From an uncultured Chthonomonadaceae bacterium (GTDB lineage: Bacteria > Armatimonadota > Chthonomonadetes > Chthonomonadales > Chthonomonadaceae), in contig CAWIEK010000049.1 of NCBI GenBank assembly GCA_963835065.1, forward strand, positions 480,001 through 544,000: a DNA stretch of 64,000 nt, given 5' to 3'. The notes beneath the pieces were generated by a model, which was not told where the DNA came from, did no database searches, and saw nothing but the letters and a program-made list of their open reading frames with translations. Below, piece by piece: positions 32,083 through 42,060 of the stretch. Position 1 is the stretch's first letter, and each line of letters starts with the position of its first letter. The translations under genes were made by a program, and so were the position numbers.

Positions 32083-32721
32083 ATGTCCTTACTGGTTGAA
32101 CTGGAAAATGTGGAGTATCGGTTCGGATTGCGGCGCGTGTTTTCGGGCGTGAACCTGACGGTGCGGACGGGCGAAATTGGGCTTGTGATGGGCGCGAACG
32201 GCGCGGGCAAAAGTACGCTGCTCAAAATCATCGCCGGGTTATTGCCACCCGCTTCGGGAACCGCGCGCATACAGATGGACGGGCGTGATCTGGACTCTCG
32301 AACCCGGCGGCAAATCATTGGCTACGTCGCGCCCGACCTGACGCTGTACCGCGAATTGACCGGCGTGGAGAATTTAGAGTTTTTTGCCAGTCTGCGCGGC
32401 ATCCGCATGGAACGCCAGCAGTTGCGCGACGTTTTGGAACTTGTCGGCCTGCGCGGACGCGGGCGCGACCTGGTGGGCGCGTACTCGTCGGGGATGCGGC
32501 AGCGCTTGAAATACGCTTTCGCCCTGCTCGGCCAGCCACCGATTTTGCTTTTGGACGAACCGACCGCCAATTTGGATGTAGACGGCATGGCAATGGTAGA
32601 GCGCGTGATTGCCGGCCAGCAGACCCGACCCGGCGGCGGTTTAACCATTGTCGCCACCAACGAGCCGCGCGAGGAGCAATGGGGAACGGTGCAGGTACGC
32701 TTAGGAAAGGATGAAGGATGA
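32083..32721 (+). CDS. ccmA: Heme ABC exporter ATPase
   Basis: GANGAGKST, YSSGMRQR, LLLDEP; operon context. Confidence 0.9.
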   Translation: MSLLVELENVEYRFGLRRVFSGVNLTVRTGEIGLVMGANGAGKSTLLKIIAGLLPPASGTARIQMDGRDLDSRTRRQIIGYVAPDLTLYRELTGVENLEFFASLRGIRMERQQLRDVLELVGLRGRGRDLVGAYSSGMRQRLKYAFALLGQPPILLLDEPTANLDVDGMAMVERVIAGQQTRPGGGLTIVATNEPREEQWGTVQVRLGKDEG

Positions 32722-33503
32722 ATACAAATGATGAACGAGGAATGATGAGTGATGAATGGGGATTCAGTTCATCACTCATCATTCATCATTCATCATTTCT
32801 CTCCGAAGCCGTCGCCCTCTTCCGCAAAGACTTGCGCGCGGAATTGCGCACCAAAGTGGCGCTCAGTTCCGTAGGATTGTTTACATTTTCTGCGCTGATG
32901 CTGATCGCGCTGGCGACTCGGACGCTCAAAGACGTTAAGGTTCCGGTTTCGGATTTAACGGAATCGTTTGCGTGGAGTTACGAGAGCCGCATGGGCATGC
33001 TGTGGGTGCTGCTGTGCTTTGCCGCGTTTGCCGGATTGTCGCACTCGTTCGTACATGAGGAAGAAGCCGGCACGACAACCGCCCTGCGCCTGTCCATGTC
33101 ACCGGAAGCCGTGTACGCGGGCAAACTGACGTTCAATCTTGCCCTCGTGCTGGCGGTTACTACCGTAGTAACGCCCGTTTACATGCTGATTACCGGCCTG
33201 CCCATCTTCGCGCCGCTGCAATTCGGACTGGTAATGTTCAGCGGGTGCGTGGGATTGGCGGCGGCGGCAACGATTGTGGCCGCGCTTGCCGCCAAAGCGC
33301 GCAGCACGGGCGCGCTATACGGCGCGTTGGGACTGCCGATGCTCGTAGTCTTCCTGACGCTGCTGATGAACGCGGCGGGAACGCTGTACAAGTCCGGCCT
33401 GCCGACGTGGGTAGCCGTGCGCGACATCGGCGGCCTGTTGAGTTACGGCATTTTGCTGATCGCGCTTTCCGCGCTTACCTTTGTTTTTGTTTGGGAAGAT
33501 TAG
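32718..33503 (+). CDS. ccmB: Heme exporter permease
   Basis: KDLRAELR start, about six TMs, EEEAGT motif; N-terminus is repeat-derived. Confidence 0.85.
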   Translation: MNTNDERGMMSDEWGFSSSLIIHHSSFLSEAVALFRKDLRAELRTKVALSSVGLFTFSALMLIALATRTLKDVKVPVSDLTESFAWSYESRMGMLWVLLCFAAFAGLSHSFVHEEEAGTTTALRLSMSPEAVYAGKLTFNLALVLAVTTVVTPVYMLITGLPIFAPLQFGLVMFSGCVGLAAAATIVAALAAKARSTGALYGALGLPMLVVFLTLLMNAAGTLYKSGLPTWVAVRDIGGLLSYGILLIALSALTFVFVWED

Positions 33504-33583
33504 CGCGTAGTGGCGCAGAGCGATTTTTGCGGCGTATGCGCGAACGGATTCATTCCGTCGCGTTAAAATTGGAAAACATATCA

Positions 33584-34351
33584 ATGGCGACAATACCCAA
33601 GTCACCTTCTTTTGCACAGGAAGCCCCATCTTCAGCGCCAACAGCGTTCACGCGCAGAGCGCCGGGTCCACTAAAGGGCGCAGGCTGGAAATACGCGACG
33701 GGCGCGTTGATGGCGTATGTGATTTACGGCGCGTTCTTTATTGCGCGGGGCGCGAATGGCTTTGGACGCAGCGGCAATCCCGCCCGCATCGTGTTCTTCC
33801 ACGTTCCTGTCGCCATTCTGTCGTATGTGTGCTATACGGTTGCCACTGTGTACGGGATCAAGTACCTGGTGAAAGATCAGGATTTGGATACGGACGCCAA
33901 ATCCGCCGCTTCCATGGAACTTGGCTTTGTGTTCTGTATCCTGGCGACCATCACGGGCAGCATTTTCGCCGGCGTGCAGTGGGGCAGCTTTTGGAACTGG
34001 GACCCGCGCGAAACTTCCATCGCCGTAATGCTGCTGCTGTACGGTTCGTATCTGGTACTGCGGGGCGCGGTTTCCAGTCAGCCGGAAAAACGCGCGCGCT
34101 TGTCCGCCGTGTACGCGATTGTCGCGCTTGTGCCCGCCACGTTTCTGATATGGGTCGTGCCGCGCATCCCCGGATTGGGCAGCCTGCATCCACCGGATAC
34201 GGTTGTCAACCCGGATAAGACAAGCTGGACCTACAAATGCGTGTTGTACCCCGCGTTTCTGGCGTTTACAATGCTGTACATCTGGCTGTTTCAATTGCGC
34301 GTCCGCCTGTACAAACTGCTGGCGAAACGCGAAAAACAACGCCTGCTGTGA
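33584..34351 (+). CDS. ccmC: Heme exporter / cytochrome c biogenesis protein
   Basis: IVFFHVP, WGSFWNWDPRET (WWD domain), SLHP. Confidence 0.92.
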   Translation: MATIPKSPSFAQEAPSSAPTAFTRRAPGPLKGAGWKYATGALMAYVIYGAFFIARGANGFGRSGNPARIVFFHVPVAILSYVCYTVATVYGIKYLVKDQDLDTDAKSAASMELGFVFCILATITGSIFAGVQWGSFWNWDPRETSIAVMLLLYGSYLVLRGAVSSQPEKRARLSAVYAIVALVPATFLIWVVPRIPGLGSLHPPDTVVNPDKTSWTYKCVLYPAFLAFTMLYIWLFQLRVRLYKLLAKREKQRLL

Positions 34352-34388
34352 AGGATTCCACCGCATGATTAAGCCACTTGGTGATACA

Positions 34389-34514
34389 ATGACATTGGTG
34401 TTGGTGATGGCCGTGCCCCTCCTGGTATGGCTTGGAACCTTCGGCTACCTGCTGTTTGTGGATCGCTCGCTGCGGCAACTGGAGCGCGGCGAAACCGGTG
34501 AGGACGACCTGTGA
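34389..34514 (+). CDS. ccmD: Small membrane protein, CcmD-like
   Basis: 41 aa, one TM and a charged tail, between ccmC and ccmE. Confidence 0.65.
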   Translation: MTLVLVMAVPLLVWLGTFGYLLFVDRSLRQLERGETGEDDL

Positions 34515-34945
34515 ATAAAGCTTACATTTTCGCGTTTCTTGTCATCAGCCTGGCGCTCGGATTTACGCTGTACGCCTTCAGCGCGTCCATGACGCCGTAT
34601 GTGGATATTCATACCGCGCGGCAGTCCACGTCGCCCGTTCAGGTGAAGGGAAACATTCTGCATGACACGGTGACGTATGACAAAGCCATCGGCGCGCTGC
34701 GCTTCCAAATCGAAGACAAGAACAAGGAGCGCATCGAAGTGGTCTATTTAGGCGCAAAGCCGGACGCTTTCGACACGGCTCCCGAAACCGCCGCGACGGG
34801 CATGATTCAGAAAGACAAGACCGACGGGCATGATATTTTCGTGTCCCGCAGCATGGTCGTCAAATGCCCTTCCAAATACGACGATCAGAACAAAGGCAAG
34901 AAATCGCAGACACCCACTGTCGCCAGCGCGGGGCAGGGAGCTTAG
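34511..34945 (+). CDS. ccmE: Heme chaperone, CxxxY type
   Basis: N-terminal TM, KPDAF, VKCPSKY. Confidence 0.9.
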   Translation: MNKAYIFAFLVISLALGFTLYAFSASMTPYVDIHTARQSTSPVQVKGNILHDTVTYDKAIGALRFQIEDKNKERIEVVYLGAKPDAFDTAPETAATGMIQKDKTDGHDIFVSRSMVVKCPSKYDDQNKGKKSQTPTVASAGQGA

Positions 34946-34951
34946 TTTACT

Positions 34952-37729
34952 ATGACTACCGGACAATTCGGAACCTGGGCGATCTGGCTTGGCCTGATCG
35001 CTTCCCTGTTTACCTTCGGCGCGTACAGCGTGGCCCTGCTGCAGCCGCAGCGCGAACGGCAATTGCGCAATGTGGCGCGCGGCGGCTATTTGCTGACCGC
35101 GCTGGGTGTGTTTGCGTCCTTTGCGTCCCTGTGCGCGATTGTGTACAACAACAAGTACCAGTACGATTACGCTTATTCGCACACGGGCAACGATTTGCGC
35201 GCCCTGCCCACCGACACGGCCTCGCACTGGCTGTTCCACCACTGGATACGATTGGCGGCTACCTGGTCGGGACAGGAAGGCAGCTTTTTACTGTGGGCGT
35301 TCTGGACGGCCTTGCTCGGCTTCCTCGTGTTCGCCAAGGCGGGCAAGTACGAGGCGCGGGTAATGCCGTTCTTCGTGTCTGTGCTGACGTTTTTGTGCGC
35401 CATTCTCATTAAGCAGTCGCCGTTCCACTACCTCAGCGTAGCCCATCCCGATTTGTGGTCAACGGTTCCGCCGGATGGTCAGGGCTTGACACCGAGCCTG
35501 CAAAACTACTGGATGACCATACATCCGCCCACTATTTTCTTCGGCTTTGCGTCCCTTGCCGTTCCGTATGCGTATGCGATGGCCGCGCTGCTGTGGAAGG
35601 ATTACAAAGGCTGGACAAGCCGCGTGATGCCGTATGCGCTGTTGACGTGCGCCACGCTGGGACTTGGCCTGTTCATGGGCGGGTATTGGGCCTACGAGAC
35701 GCAGGGCTGGCACGGCTTCTGGGCGTGGGACCCGGTTGAAAACGCGAGTTTCTTCCCCTGGCTGGCGATTACCGCCCTGGTGCATGGCCTTGTTGTACAG
35801 AAATCCCGTGACGGCATGGCGCGTACCAATACATTCCTGGGTCTGTTCGCCTTCTGGCTGTTTCTGCTCGGCACGTTCCTGACCCGTTCGGGCGCTCTGG
35901 CTGGTAAAGGCGCGGACGGCAACATTATGTCGGTTCACGCTTTTGACAACATCAGCAAAAGCGGCCTGATATTGATGGAAGCCATGCTGCTTGTGTACGG
36001 CGTCGGCGGACTGGTTCTGTGGATTGCGCGCGTTCGCAACATGCCGCGCCGCCGGACAACGGGCGACACGCTGGTATCCCGCGATTTCGCGTTCTTCGTC
36101 AGTATCCTGCTGATGATACTTGCGTGTCTCGCCGTGACGTTCGGAACCACGACGCCCCTGTTTATGAGCTGGATGAACAAGCGTCCCACGCAGCCGCAGC
36201 CGTTCTTTTACAATCAGGTGATGCTGCCGCTCACGGTTCTGTTCGCGCTTGTTTTGGGATGCGTACCCTGGCTGGCGTGGAAGCGGACTGACCCCGAAAA
36301 GTTTTTGCGCAAATTGATCGCGCCCTGGCTGATTATGGTGGGCTTCGGCTTCTTCATGATCTTCTGGGTGCAGAACGCGACAGCCGGCTTGCAGCAGGCG
36401 ATGGAAGCGAGTGATTACACCAGTACCCTGCACTACTGGTTCGGGCCGGTTGTACAGCGCGTTCTTGTGGTGCTGCTGTCTTCGCTCGGCGTGTTTGTCG
36501 CGCTGTCCAATGCGATGCTGGCATACCGCGTGTTCCGCGCCAAGCCGCTCAATGCGGGCGGCTGGCTGGCCCACGTCGGCATGGGACTGCTGATTGTCGG
36601 CGTCGTTGTGTCCAACACGTTTGAGCGCACCGTCCGCGTTGTCGTGACGGAAGGCGAACCCGCGCAGAACGTGTACGGCTACAAAATCGCGATGGAAGGC
36701 ATGACGGGCAAGCCCAAAGACATTCGCCCGATTGACGCCAGCACCGACCCGACCAATTCCGTGAAACTGCGCGTCACGCCCCCCGGCGTGGATGAAGGCA
36801 GCACTTCCAGCGCAGGGGCAGGCGAAGCCAAAACGTTCGTGCTGGAACCGCGCTGGTTCATTCACAACCTGGGCAAAGCGTATCCCTGGAAGCTGGAGCG
36901 GATGCGCTGGCCGTCCATCGAAAAGTATCTTGGACACGATCTGTACGTGGGATTGGCAAGCGACGCGGAATACGAGTGGCCGTTCGGCAGCCAGTTTAGC
37001 AGCAAAATGGCGTTCACGCTCAAACCCGGCCAGAAAGTAGACATCGGCGGCTACCGCATCGGCTATTACGAGCCGATCATGCAGGTGACGAAACTGATGG
37101 GCGCGCGGATCGTGATTTTGCCTATTGACGAAAAAGGTAATCCGACCGGCGCTCCCATTATCACGGAGCCATGCCTGCGGATGATGATGCCCGCCCCGGA
37201 TTACGACCCCACGCAGCCGGAAAGCGATGATAACCAGCAAATGCGTCTTTTCCCTATCAATGAGGACATTCCGCAGTTGAAGGACGCGGACGGCACATTG
37301 GGCGCAATTGAGGCCGTACAACTCGATCCGGCGACAAAAGCGTTCTCCTTCAAACTGAGCCTGCCGCATTATCGCGGACGGTGGGCTGTGCCGCTGGAAG
37401 TGACGCACAAGCCCTGGGTCAATCTGGTCTGGATCGGCGTGATCGTGGCCGTGTCGGGAACCCTGCTCGCCATGTTCCGCCGCATCCTCGACGCCCGCAA
37501 TGTGGACAAGCCGAACCCGAAGAACGGCAAGGGCGGCGACAACAAGGACGGCAACGAGCCGAACGGTTCCGACGACGGCGTGAACTTCGGTGATGGCGAT
37601 AAGATCGTTGGCGCGCAGCCCTGGGATATGCCCGACGCCCCGCCTACCGCGCCCGAAACCGCTATGCCGATTGCCGTCACGCCCAGGCCCCTGCCAACTA
37701 AGGGGCGGCTGAAACCGGCGAAAGAATAA
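34952..37729 (+). CDS. ccmF: Cytochrome c heme lyase subunit
   Basis: WSGQEGSFLLW, IHPP, WAYETQGWHGFWAWDPVENAS, SVHAF. Confidence 0.93.
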   Translation: MTTGQFGTWAIWLGLIASLFTFGAYSVALLQPQRERQLRNVARGGYLLTALGVFASFASLCAIVYNNKYQYDYAYSHTGNDLRALPTDTASHWLFHHWIRLAATWSGQEGSFLLWAFWTALLGFLVFAKAGKYEARVMPFFVSVLTFLCAILIKQSPFHYLSVAHPDLWSTVPPDGQGLTPSLQNYWMTIHPPTIFFGFASLAVPYAYAMAALLWKDYKGWTSRVMPYALLTCATLGLGLFMGGYWAYETQGWHGFWAWDPVENASFFPWLAITALVHGLVVQKSRDGMARTNTFLGLFAFWLFLLGTFLTRSGALAGKGADGNIMSVHAFDNISKSGLILMEAMLLVYGVGGLVLWIARVRNMPRRRTTGDTLVSRDFAFFVSILLMILACLAVTFGTTTPLFMSWMNKRPTQPQPFFYNQVMLPLTVLFALVLGCVPWLAWKRTDPEKFLRKLIAPWLIMVGFGFFMIFWVQNATAGLQQAMEASDYTSTLHYWFGPVVQRVLVVLLSSLGVFVALSNAMLAYRVFRAKPLNAGGWLAHVGMGLLIVGVVVSNTFERTVRVVVTEGEPAQNVYGYKIAMEGMTGKPKDIRPIDASTDPTNSVKLRVTPPGVDEGSTSSAGAGEAKTFVLEPRWFIHNLGKAYPWKLERMRWPSIEKYLGHDLYVGLASDAEYEWPFGSQFSSKMAFTLKPGQKVDIGGYRIGYYEPIMQVTKLMGARIVILPIDEKGNPTGAPIITEPCLRMMMPAPDYDPTQPESDDNQQMRLFPINEDIPQLKDADGTLGAIEAVQLDPATKAFSFKLSLPHYRGRWAVPLEVTHKPWVNLVWIGVIVAVSGTLLAMFRRILDARNVDKPNPKNGKGGDNKDGNEPNGSDDGVNFGDGDKIVGAQPWDMPDAPPTAPETAMPIAVTPRPLPTKGRLKPAKE

Positions 37730-37757
37730 ACCACGGGGAACACGGGGAACACGGGGA
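37726..37757. repeat. 32-bp 9-mer-derived repeat; inverted copy at 46912-46943
   Basis: ataaaccacggggaacacgg(g/a)gaacacgggga, 1 mismatch between copies. Confidence 0.85.
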
Positions 37758-37891
37758 GGAGAACAGGGAAAGATACGGAGAGAACCGCAAAACACGCTAA
37801 GGGCGCGTAAGGCTATGGCTTCCCGAACCATCGGGAAGCCTAACTTTTTGCCAACGGCAAGTGGTGGAAGCGTTGGCAAAGCGGTAGATAG

Positions 37892-37934
37892 AAAAAAGGA
37901 TATGTAGAGTCATCGTCGAAATCTTGGCAATACA
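37892..37934. repeat. Dispersed non-coding repeat; second copy at 63959-64000 cut by the window end
   Basis: gatatgtagag(t/g)ca(t/a)cgtcgaaatcttggcaataca at both sites. Confidence 0.85.
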
Positions 37935-38218
37935 GCGCTTCCAGCCCGATGTCTCGTTGTGTCAAGTTGTAGGAGAGAGGCGTCGTGACCTCAGCAGCAT
38001 CAGGGCGAACGGGAGGGGTGAAACATAGGCTCTGCACCTCCCTTCTTGTGTGTAACATCTGTATAGCAGACGTTGTTCTACTGTTTAGACGGCTGTGTGG
38101 GGCAAAGGGTTCACTGTTTTTTGCGTTGTCTGAATCTTTTTTCTATCTTTTTTCTATCTTTGGCGGGATTGTTTCGGGATTGTTGCTGTTGGCGTCGTGG
38201 GAACGGACAAGAAAATAA

Positions 38219-38258
38219 AGAAAGAGAAGAGGGGAATTGCTTCCCCTCTTCTCTTTCT
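38219..38258 (-). terminator. Intrinsic terminator after hsdR
   Basis: agaaagagaagaggggaa-ttgc-ttcccctcttctctttct perfect stem. Confidence 0.75.
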
Positions 38259-38267
38259 GTTTTTTGT

Positions 38268-41200
38268 TTATGATGGTGGCTGATAGGTACGGAGGAAGGA
38301 CACGTTTGTAATAAACCGCTTGATGTCCGGGTTGTCCTTGAACAGCTTGTAGAGCAGAGTGTTGTCTTTAATAAACGTGACGAGGGCGCGTTCCAAAGCG
38401 AAGTCGTGTTCGATTTCCGCGCTCTGCTTATCGGAGTGCTGCATGGCGTTCTGGTACTTCACGTCGCCGGCAACCTTTGCCGGAATCTCGTTGGTAATCA
38501 GCTTTAACAGCTTGTCCTCGTCGCCGAAATTGAAACTGCCAAAAAGGTCGTTGAACTGGCTGATGATGTTGCTCAAGTGATCCAATTCCGGTTCGGGCGC
38601 GTGACCACTGCCGCCCACGTCAGAAGGGTCTATCTCCGCGTCCTGCGCTTCCAGTGAGAGCGACAGCATGGAACGCTTTTCGGCGCGGTAACTGTCCATA
38701 TCAATCGCTTCCAAAATGCCCTGCGCCAGATCGTCACCCTGCGGCGCGGGCAGTTTCGACACAAGAAGCGTCAGGAAGATGGACAGCTTCTCCCATTCCG
38801 GCAGGCTGTACGGCAAAATGGCGGCGAGAAAATTGTAATTGCGCACAAACGCTTTGGCGCTGCCCTTGAATTCGATTTGCGCGTTGGCATCCAGCGAATT
38901 CTGATAGGCGGCAGCGCAGGCATCCAGTATGGGATCAAGGACAGGACGCTCCGCGCCGTTCAGGTAACATTCGACAAGGCTATCCACCTGCTCCGGCGTA
39001 TACACCTGATGCGCGTCCATGACGGCTTTGAGATCATGGAGGCGGTTGGGGTCGCTTTCCTTACTCAAAATCGTCGTCTGGTAATAATCCTGAAAGGCGG
39101 CCTGTATGATGTCCGTATCGTTGTAAAAGTCCAGTACGAAGGTATCATGCTTTTTGGGATGGGCGCGGTTCAGCCGCGACAGGGTTTGCACGGCCTTGAT
39201 ACCGGCCAGCGATTTGTCTACATACATCGTGTGCAGGAGGGGTTCGTCATACCCTGTCTGAAATTTGTCGGCGCAAATGAGGAAGCGGTACGGGTCTTCC
39301 CGAATCTTCGACTCGATTTCGCCGCTTGGAAAGCCGTTCAGGGTGGCTTCCGTTACCTTCTGCCCGCCGTACTCCGGTTCGCCCGTGAACGCGACAATGG
39401 CTTTGTAGGGACTCTGACGCGCCTGCAAACACTTGTTGATGGCGTGAAAATACTCAATTGCCCGCGCTATGCCGCCCGTGACTACCATTGCCCGCGCCTG
39501 CCCGCCGATCTTTTGTTTGGCGATAACGTGAGCGTGGAAATGCTCTACCATGATTTCGGCCTTTTCGCCGATGGCGTGGGCATGACTTTCGACATAGCCG
39601 CGCAGCCGTTTTTGCGCCCGCTTCACATCGAATTCCGGGTCTTCCTCAACGGTTTTCATCAGGCGGTAAAAGGACGCGACGGGCGTGTAGTTTTGCAGCA
39701 CGTCCAGAATAAAGCCTTCCTGAACGGCCTGCTTCATAGTATAGGCGTGGAATGGGCGGAACTTCTTTTCGCCGTTTTCTTCGTAAGCGATGCCGAACAT
39801 TTCCAGCGTTTTGGGCTTGGGCGTGGCGGTGAAGGCGAAGTAACTGGCGTTGGGCAGCAGTTTGCGCGATTCGAGGATGCGGAGTATCTTGTCTTCCGTC
39901 GTTTCTTCCTCATCGTCCGCGCCCTGTTCCGATAAGGCCATGCTCATTTTTGCGGACGCGCTTCCGCTCTGGCTGGAATGGGCTTCGTCAAGGAGAAGCG
40001 CGAACTTGCGGCTCCGGTGGGAATTACCGATTTCATCCAGAATAAACGGGAACTTCTGAATGGTGGTGATAATGATCTGCTTGCCGCCCGTGATGAATTG
40101 CTTCAGATCGTCCGAGTTGTCGGTATGGCCTACGGTCGCGCCTACCTGCGTAAACGCCTTGATGGTGTTGTAGGTTTGCTTGTCCAGTATGCGGCGGTCA
40201 TTGACAACGATGATGGAGTCGAATACGGTGTCGCCGTTCCGTTGCAGGCCGACAAGCTGATGCGCCAGCCATGCGATAGAATTGCTTTTGCCGCTGCCCG
40301 CCGAATGTTGGATGAGATACCGCTGCCCCGCGCCATTCAGCCGCGCGTCGGCAAGCAGTTTCCGCACCACGTCTAATTGGTGGTAGCGCGGAAACACCTG
40401 CTTTTCCACGATTTTGCCCGTCTTCGGGTTCGGCTCTTTTACTACTTTGGCGTAGTTTTCCAGTATGTCGGTCAGGCGTTCGCGGGTCAGGATTTCGCGC
40501 CACAGGTAGTCGCTCATCAGGCCGTCGGGGTTGGGCGGATTGCCCGCGCCGCCCTTATAGCCCTTGTTGAACGGCAGGAACCAGGAGGCTTCGCCCTCCA
40601 AGCGGGTACAGAACTTCACTTCGCAATCGTCTACGGCCCAGTGCGCGAGACAGCGCTTGAATTGGAACAGCAGGTCTTTGGGGTCGCGGTCGTTCTGGTA
40701 CTGCTTCACGGCGTTTGCAATTGTTTGCCCGGTAAGATGGTTTTTCAACTCAAAGGTGAAGAGGGGGAGGCCGTTGATAAACAGGGCGAGATCAAGCGCG
40801 TCGTTGGGCTTGCTTTTGCTGAAATGAAGCTGCCGCGTGATGCTGAATCGGTTCAGGGCGTAGAAGGTGGCGGCGGTCGTGTTGCCGGGCGTGGGGCTGC
40901 CATAAAAGAGGGTGACATGGGCGGGGCCGTGCTTGACGCCATGCCGCAATACGTCTACGACGCCGCGTTTGCCGATTTCCTGCGAGAGGCGGGCGAGAAA
41001 CTGCGTTTGCTTTGGGCCGTCCATGTCAAGGCCGAGCGATTGAAACGCGGCGGGCTGCGTAGCTTCCAGAAAGGCGAAGAGCTGCCTGCGGTCAAGCGCG
41101 AATTCTTTGTCATAGTCGGACGACGCGCCGGAAACGTACAGCCCGGATTGGTACGTGGGGCGTCCGTCCTGCACGGTCGGGGCTGCGCTAGGGTTGGGCG

Positions 41201-41276
41201 TAGCCGCGCTTGCGCTGCCGGTCAGCGCGGCGACAATAATGTTTTCAAGTCCCTTTTCGGTGGTGTCGGTTGGCAT
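38268..41276 (-). CDS. hsdR: Type I restriction endonuclease subunit R
   Basis: ELKN nuclease motif, QHSAGSGKS, DEAHSSQ, FTATPK, FQTGYDEP. Confidence 0.95.
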   Translation of the reverse strand: MPTDTTEKGLENIIVAALTGSASAATPNPSAAPTVQDGRPTYQSGLYVSGASSDYDKEFALDRRQLFAFLEATQPAAFQSLGLDMDGPKQTQFLARLSQEIGKRGVVDVLRHGVKHGPAHVTLFYGSPTPGNTTAATFYALNRFSITRQLHFSKSKPNDALDLALFINGLPLFTFELKNHLTGQTIANAVKQYQNDRDPKDLLFQFKRCLAHWAVDDCEVKFCTRLEGEASWFLPFNKGYKGGAGNPPNPDGLMSDYLWREILTRERLTDILENYAKVVKEPNPKTGKIVEKQVFPRYHQLDVVRKLLADARLNGAGQRYLIQHSAGSGKSNSIAWLAHQLVGLQRNGDTVFDSIIVVNDRRILDKQTYNTIKAFTQVGATVGHTDNSDDLKQFITGGKQIIITTIQKFPFILDEIGNSHRSRKFALLLDEAHSSQSGSASAKMSMALSEQGADDEEETTEDKILRILESRKLLPNASYFAFTATPKPKTLEMFGIAYEENGEKKFRPFHAYTMKQAVQEGFILDVLQNYTPVASFYRLMKTVEEDPEFDVKRAQKRLRGYVESHAHAIGEKAEIMVEHFHAHVIAKQKIGGQARAMVVTGGIARAIEYFHAINKCLQARQSPYKAIVAFTGEPEYGGQKVTEATLNGFPSGEIESKIREDPYRFLICADKFQTGYDEPLLHTMYVDKSLAGIKAVQTLSRLNRAHPKKHDTFVLDFYNDTDIIQAAFQDYYQTTILSKESDPNRLHDLKAVMDAHQVYTPEQVDSLVECYLNGAERPVLDPILDACAAAYQNSLDANAQIEFKGSAKAFVRNYNFLAAILPYSLPEWEKLSIFLTLLVSKLPAPQGDDLAQGILEAIDMDSYRAEKRSMLSLSLEAQDAEIDPSDVGGSGHAPEPELDHLSNIISQFNDLFGSFNFGDEDKLLKLITNEIPAKVAGDVKYQNAMQHSDKQSAEIEHDFALERALVTFIKDNTLLYKLFKDNPDIKRFITNVSFLRTYQPPS

Positions 41277-41305
41277 CTGCGTTTTCTGCGGCTTTCTTTC
41301 GGCTA

Positions 41306-41713
41306 TCAGGGAACAACGGTAAAGGCGCTTCCATCGGCTTTGCGGTACGCATAAAAATGGCTATCCAGGGTAAAAATGCGCGTCGTGTTCAGGGTTTCCG
41401 ATGCGGCGACGAGGGAAGCGTCGGCGAGGTCGCAGGGCAGGTCACGGTATTGCGTCATAACGGCAACGACGCGGGCCAGTTCCCCGTCATCTGCATGGTG
41501 AACGCGCAGCGCCCTTGCGGACAGCATTTGCAGCAGTATGGCGACACGCGGCCAGCCGCCGGATTTGTCCAGCAGATAAGCGGTTTCGGCAAGGCACGGC
41601 CAGGTAGTTTGCAGCCCCTCGCGGAATGAGGCAACGGCGGCAGTACATCGGGCGTGAGCCGGTTCGCGGGGATCAATCAGCGCAACAAGCGGCGTTGTAT
41701 CTGTGAGCATCAA
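41306..41713 (-). CDS. vapC: PIN-domain toxin
   Basis: LTDTTPLVAL, CLAE, DLADASLV, FTLDSHF. Confidence 0.9.
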   Translation of the reverse strand: MMLTDTTPLVALIDPREPAHARCTAAVASFREGLQTTWPCLAETAYLLDKSGGWPRVAILLQMLSARALRVHHADDGELARVVAVMTQYRDLPCDLADASLVAASETLNTTRIFTLDSHFYAYRKADGSAFTVVP

Positions 41714-42060
41714 CGGCTGTTCTCTTTTGCTAAATCCTCAGCCCAATGGTTCCAGAGAGACTCCTCGACGTGATCCCCAAACTGCTGGTGCGTCGTGTTC
41801 GGCTGATACTGTTCCGGGTGAGCCGTTTGTGCGTCCCAGTGCGGCTTGAGAAACGCAAGCAGGCGCTCGCCTTCAGTAGGTTCCGGCGGATACTCAATAG
41901 ATTGTTGTTCTTCGGTTCGGGCGGTGTCGGTCAATTGCTGCAACGCCTCGGTCGCCAGTTCGTTCAGGCTTTTGCCCTGCGCGGCAGCAATGTGCATCAA
42001 TTGTTCCGCCAGTTTGTCATCAAGCGTCAGTGTCGTCATGGGCATCATTCTCGCTTTCAT
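41710..42060 (-). CDS. Putative antitoxin (ribbon-helix-helix-like N-terminus)
   Basis: TLTLDDKLAEQL...GKSLNELATEAL; overlaps the vapC start. Confidence 0.65.
   Translation of the reverse strand: MKARMMPMTTLTLDDKLAEQLMHIAAAQGKSLNELATEALQQLTDTARTEEQQSIEYPPEPTEGERLLAFLKPHWDAQTAHPEQYQPNTTHQQFGDHVEESLWNHWAEDLAKENSR

Noticed and set aside
35459..37879. Long antisense ORFs (also 8068-9552, 28824-30263, 55698-57488)
   Set aside because: Shadows of GC-rich coding genes on the opposite strand, with no recognisable motifs.
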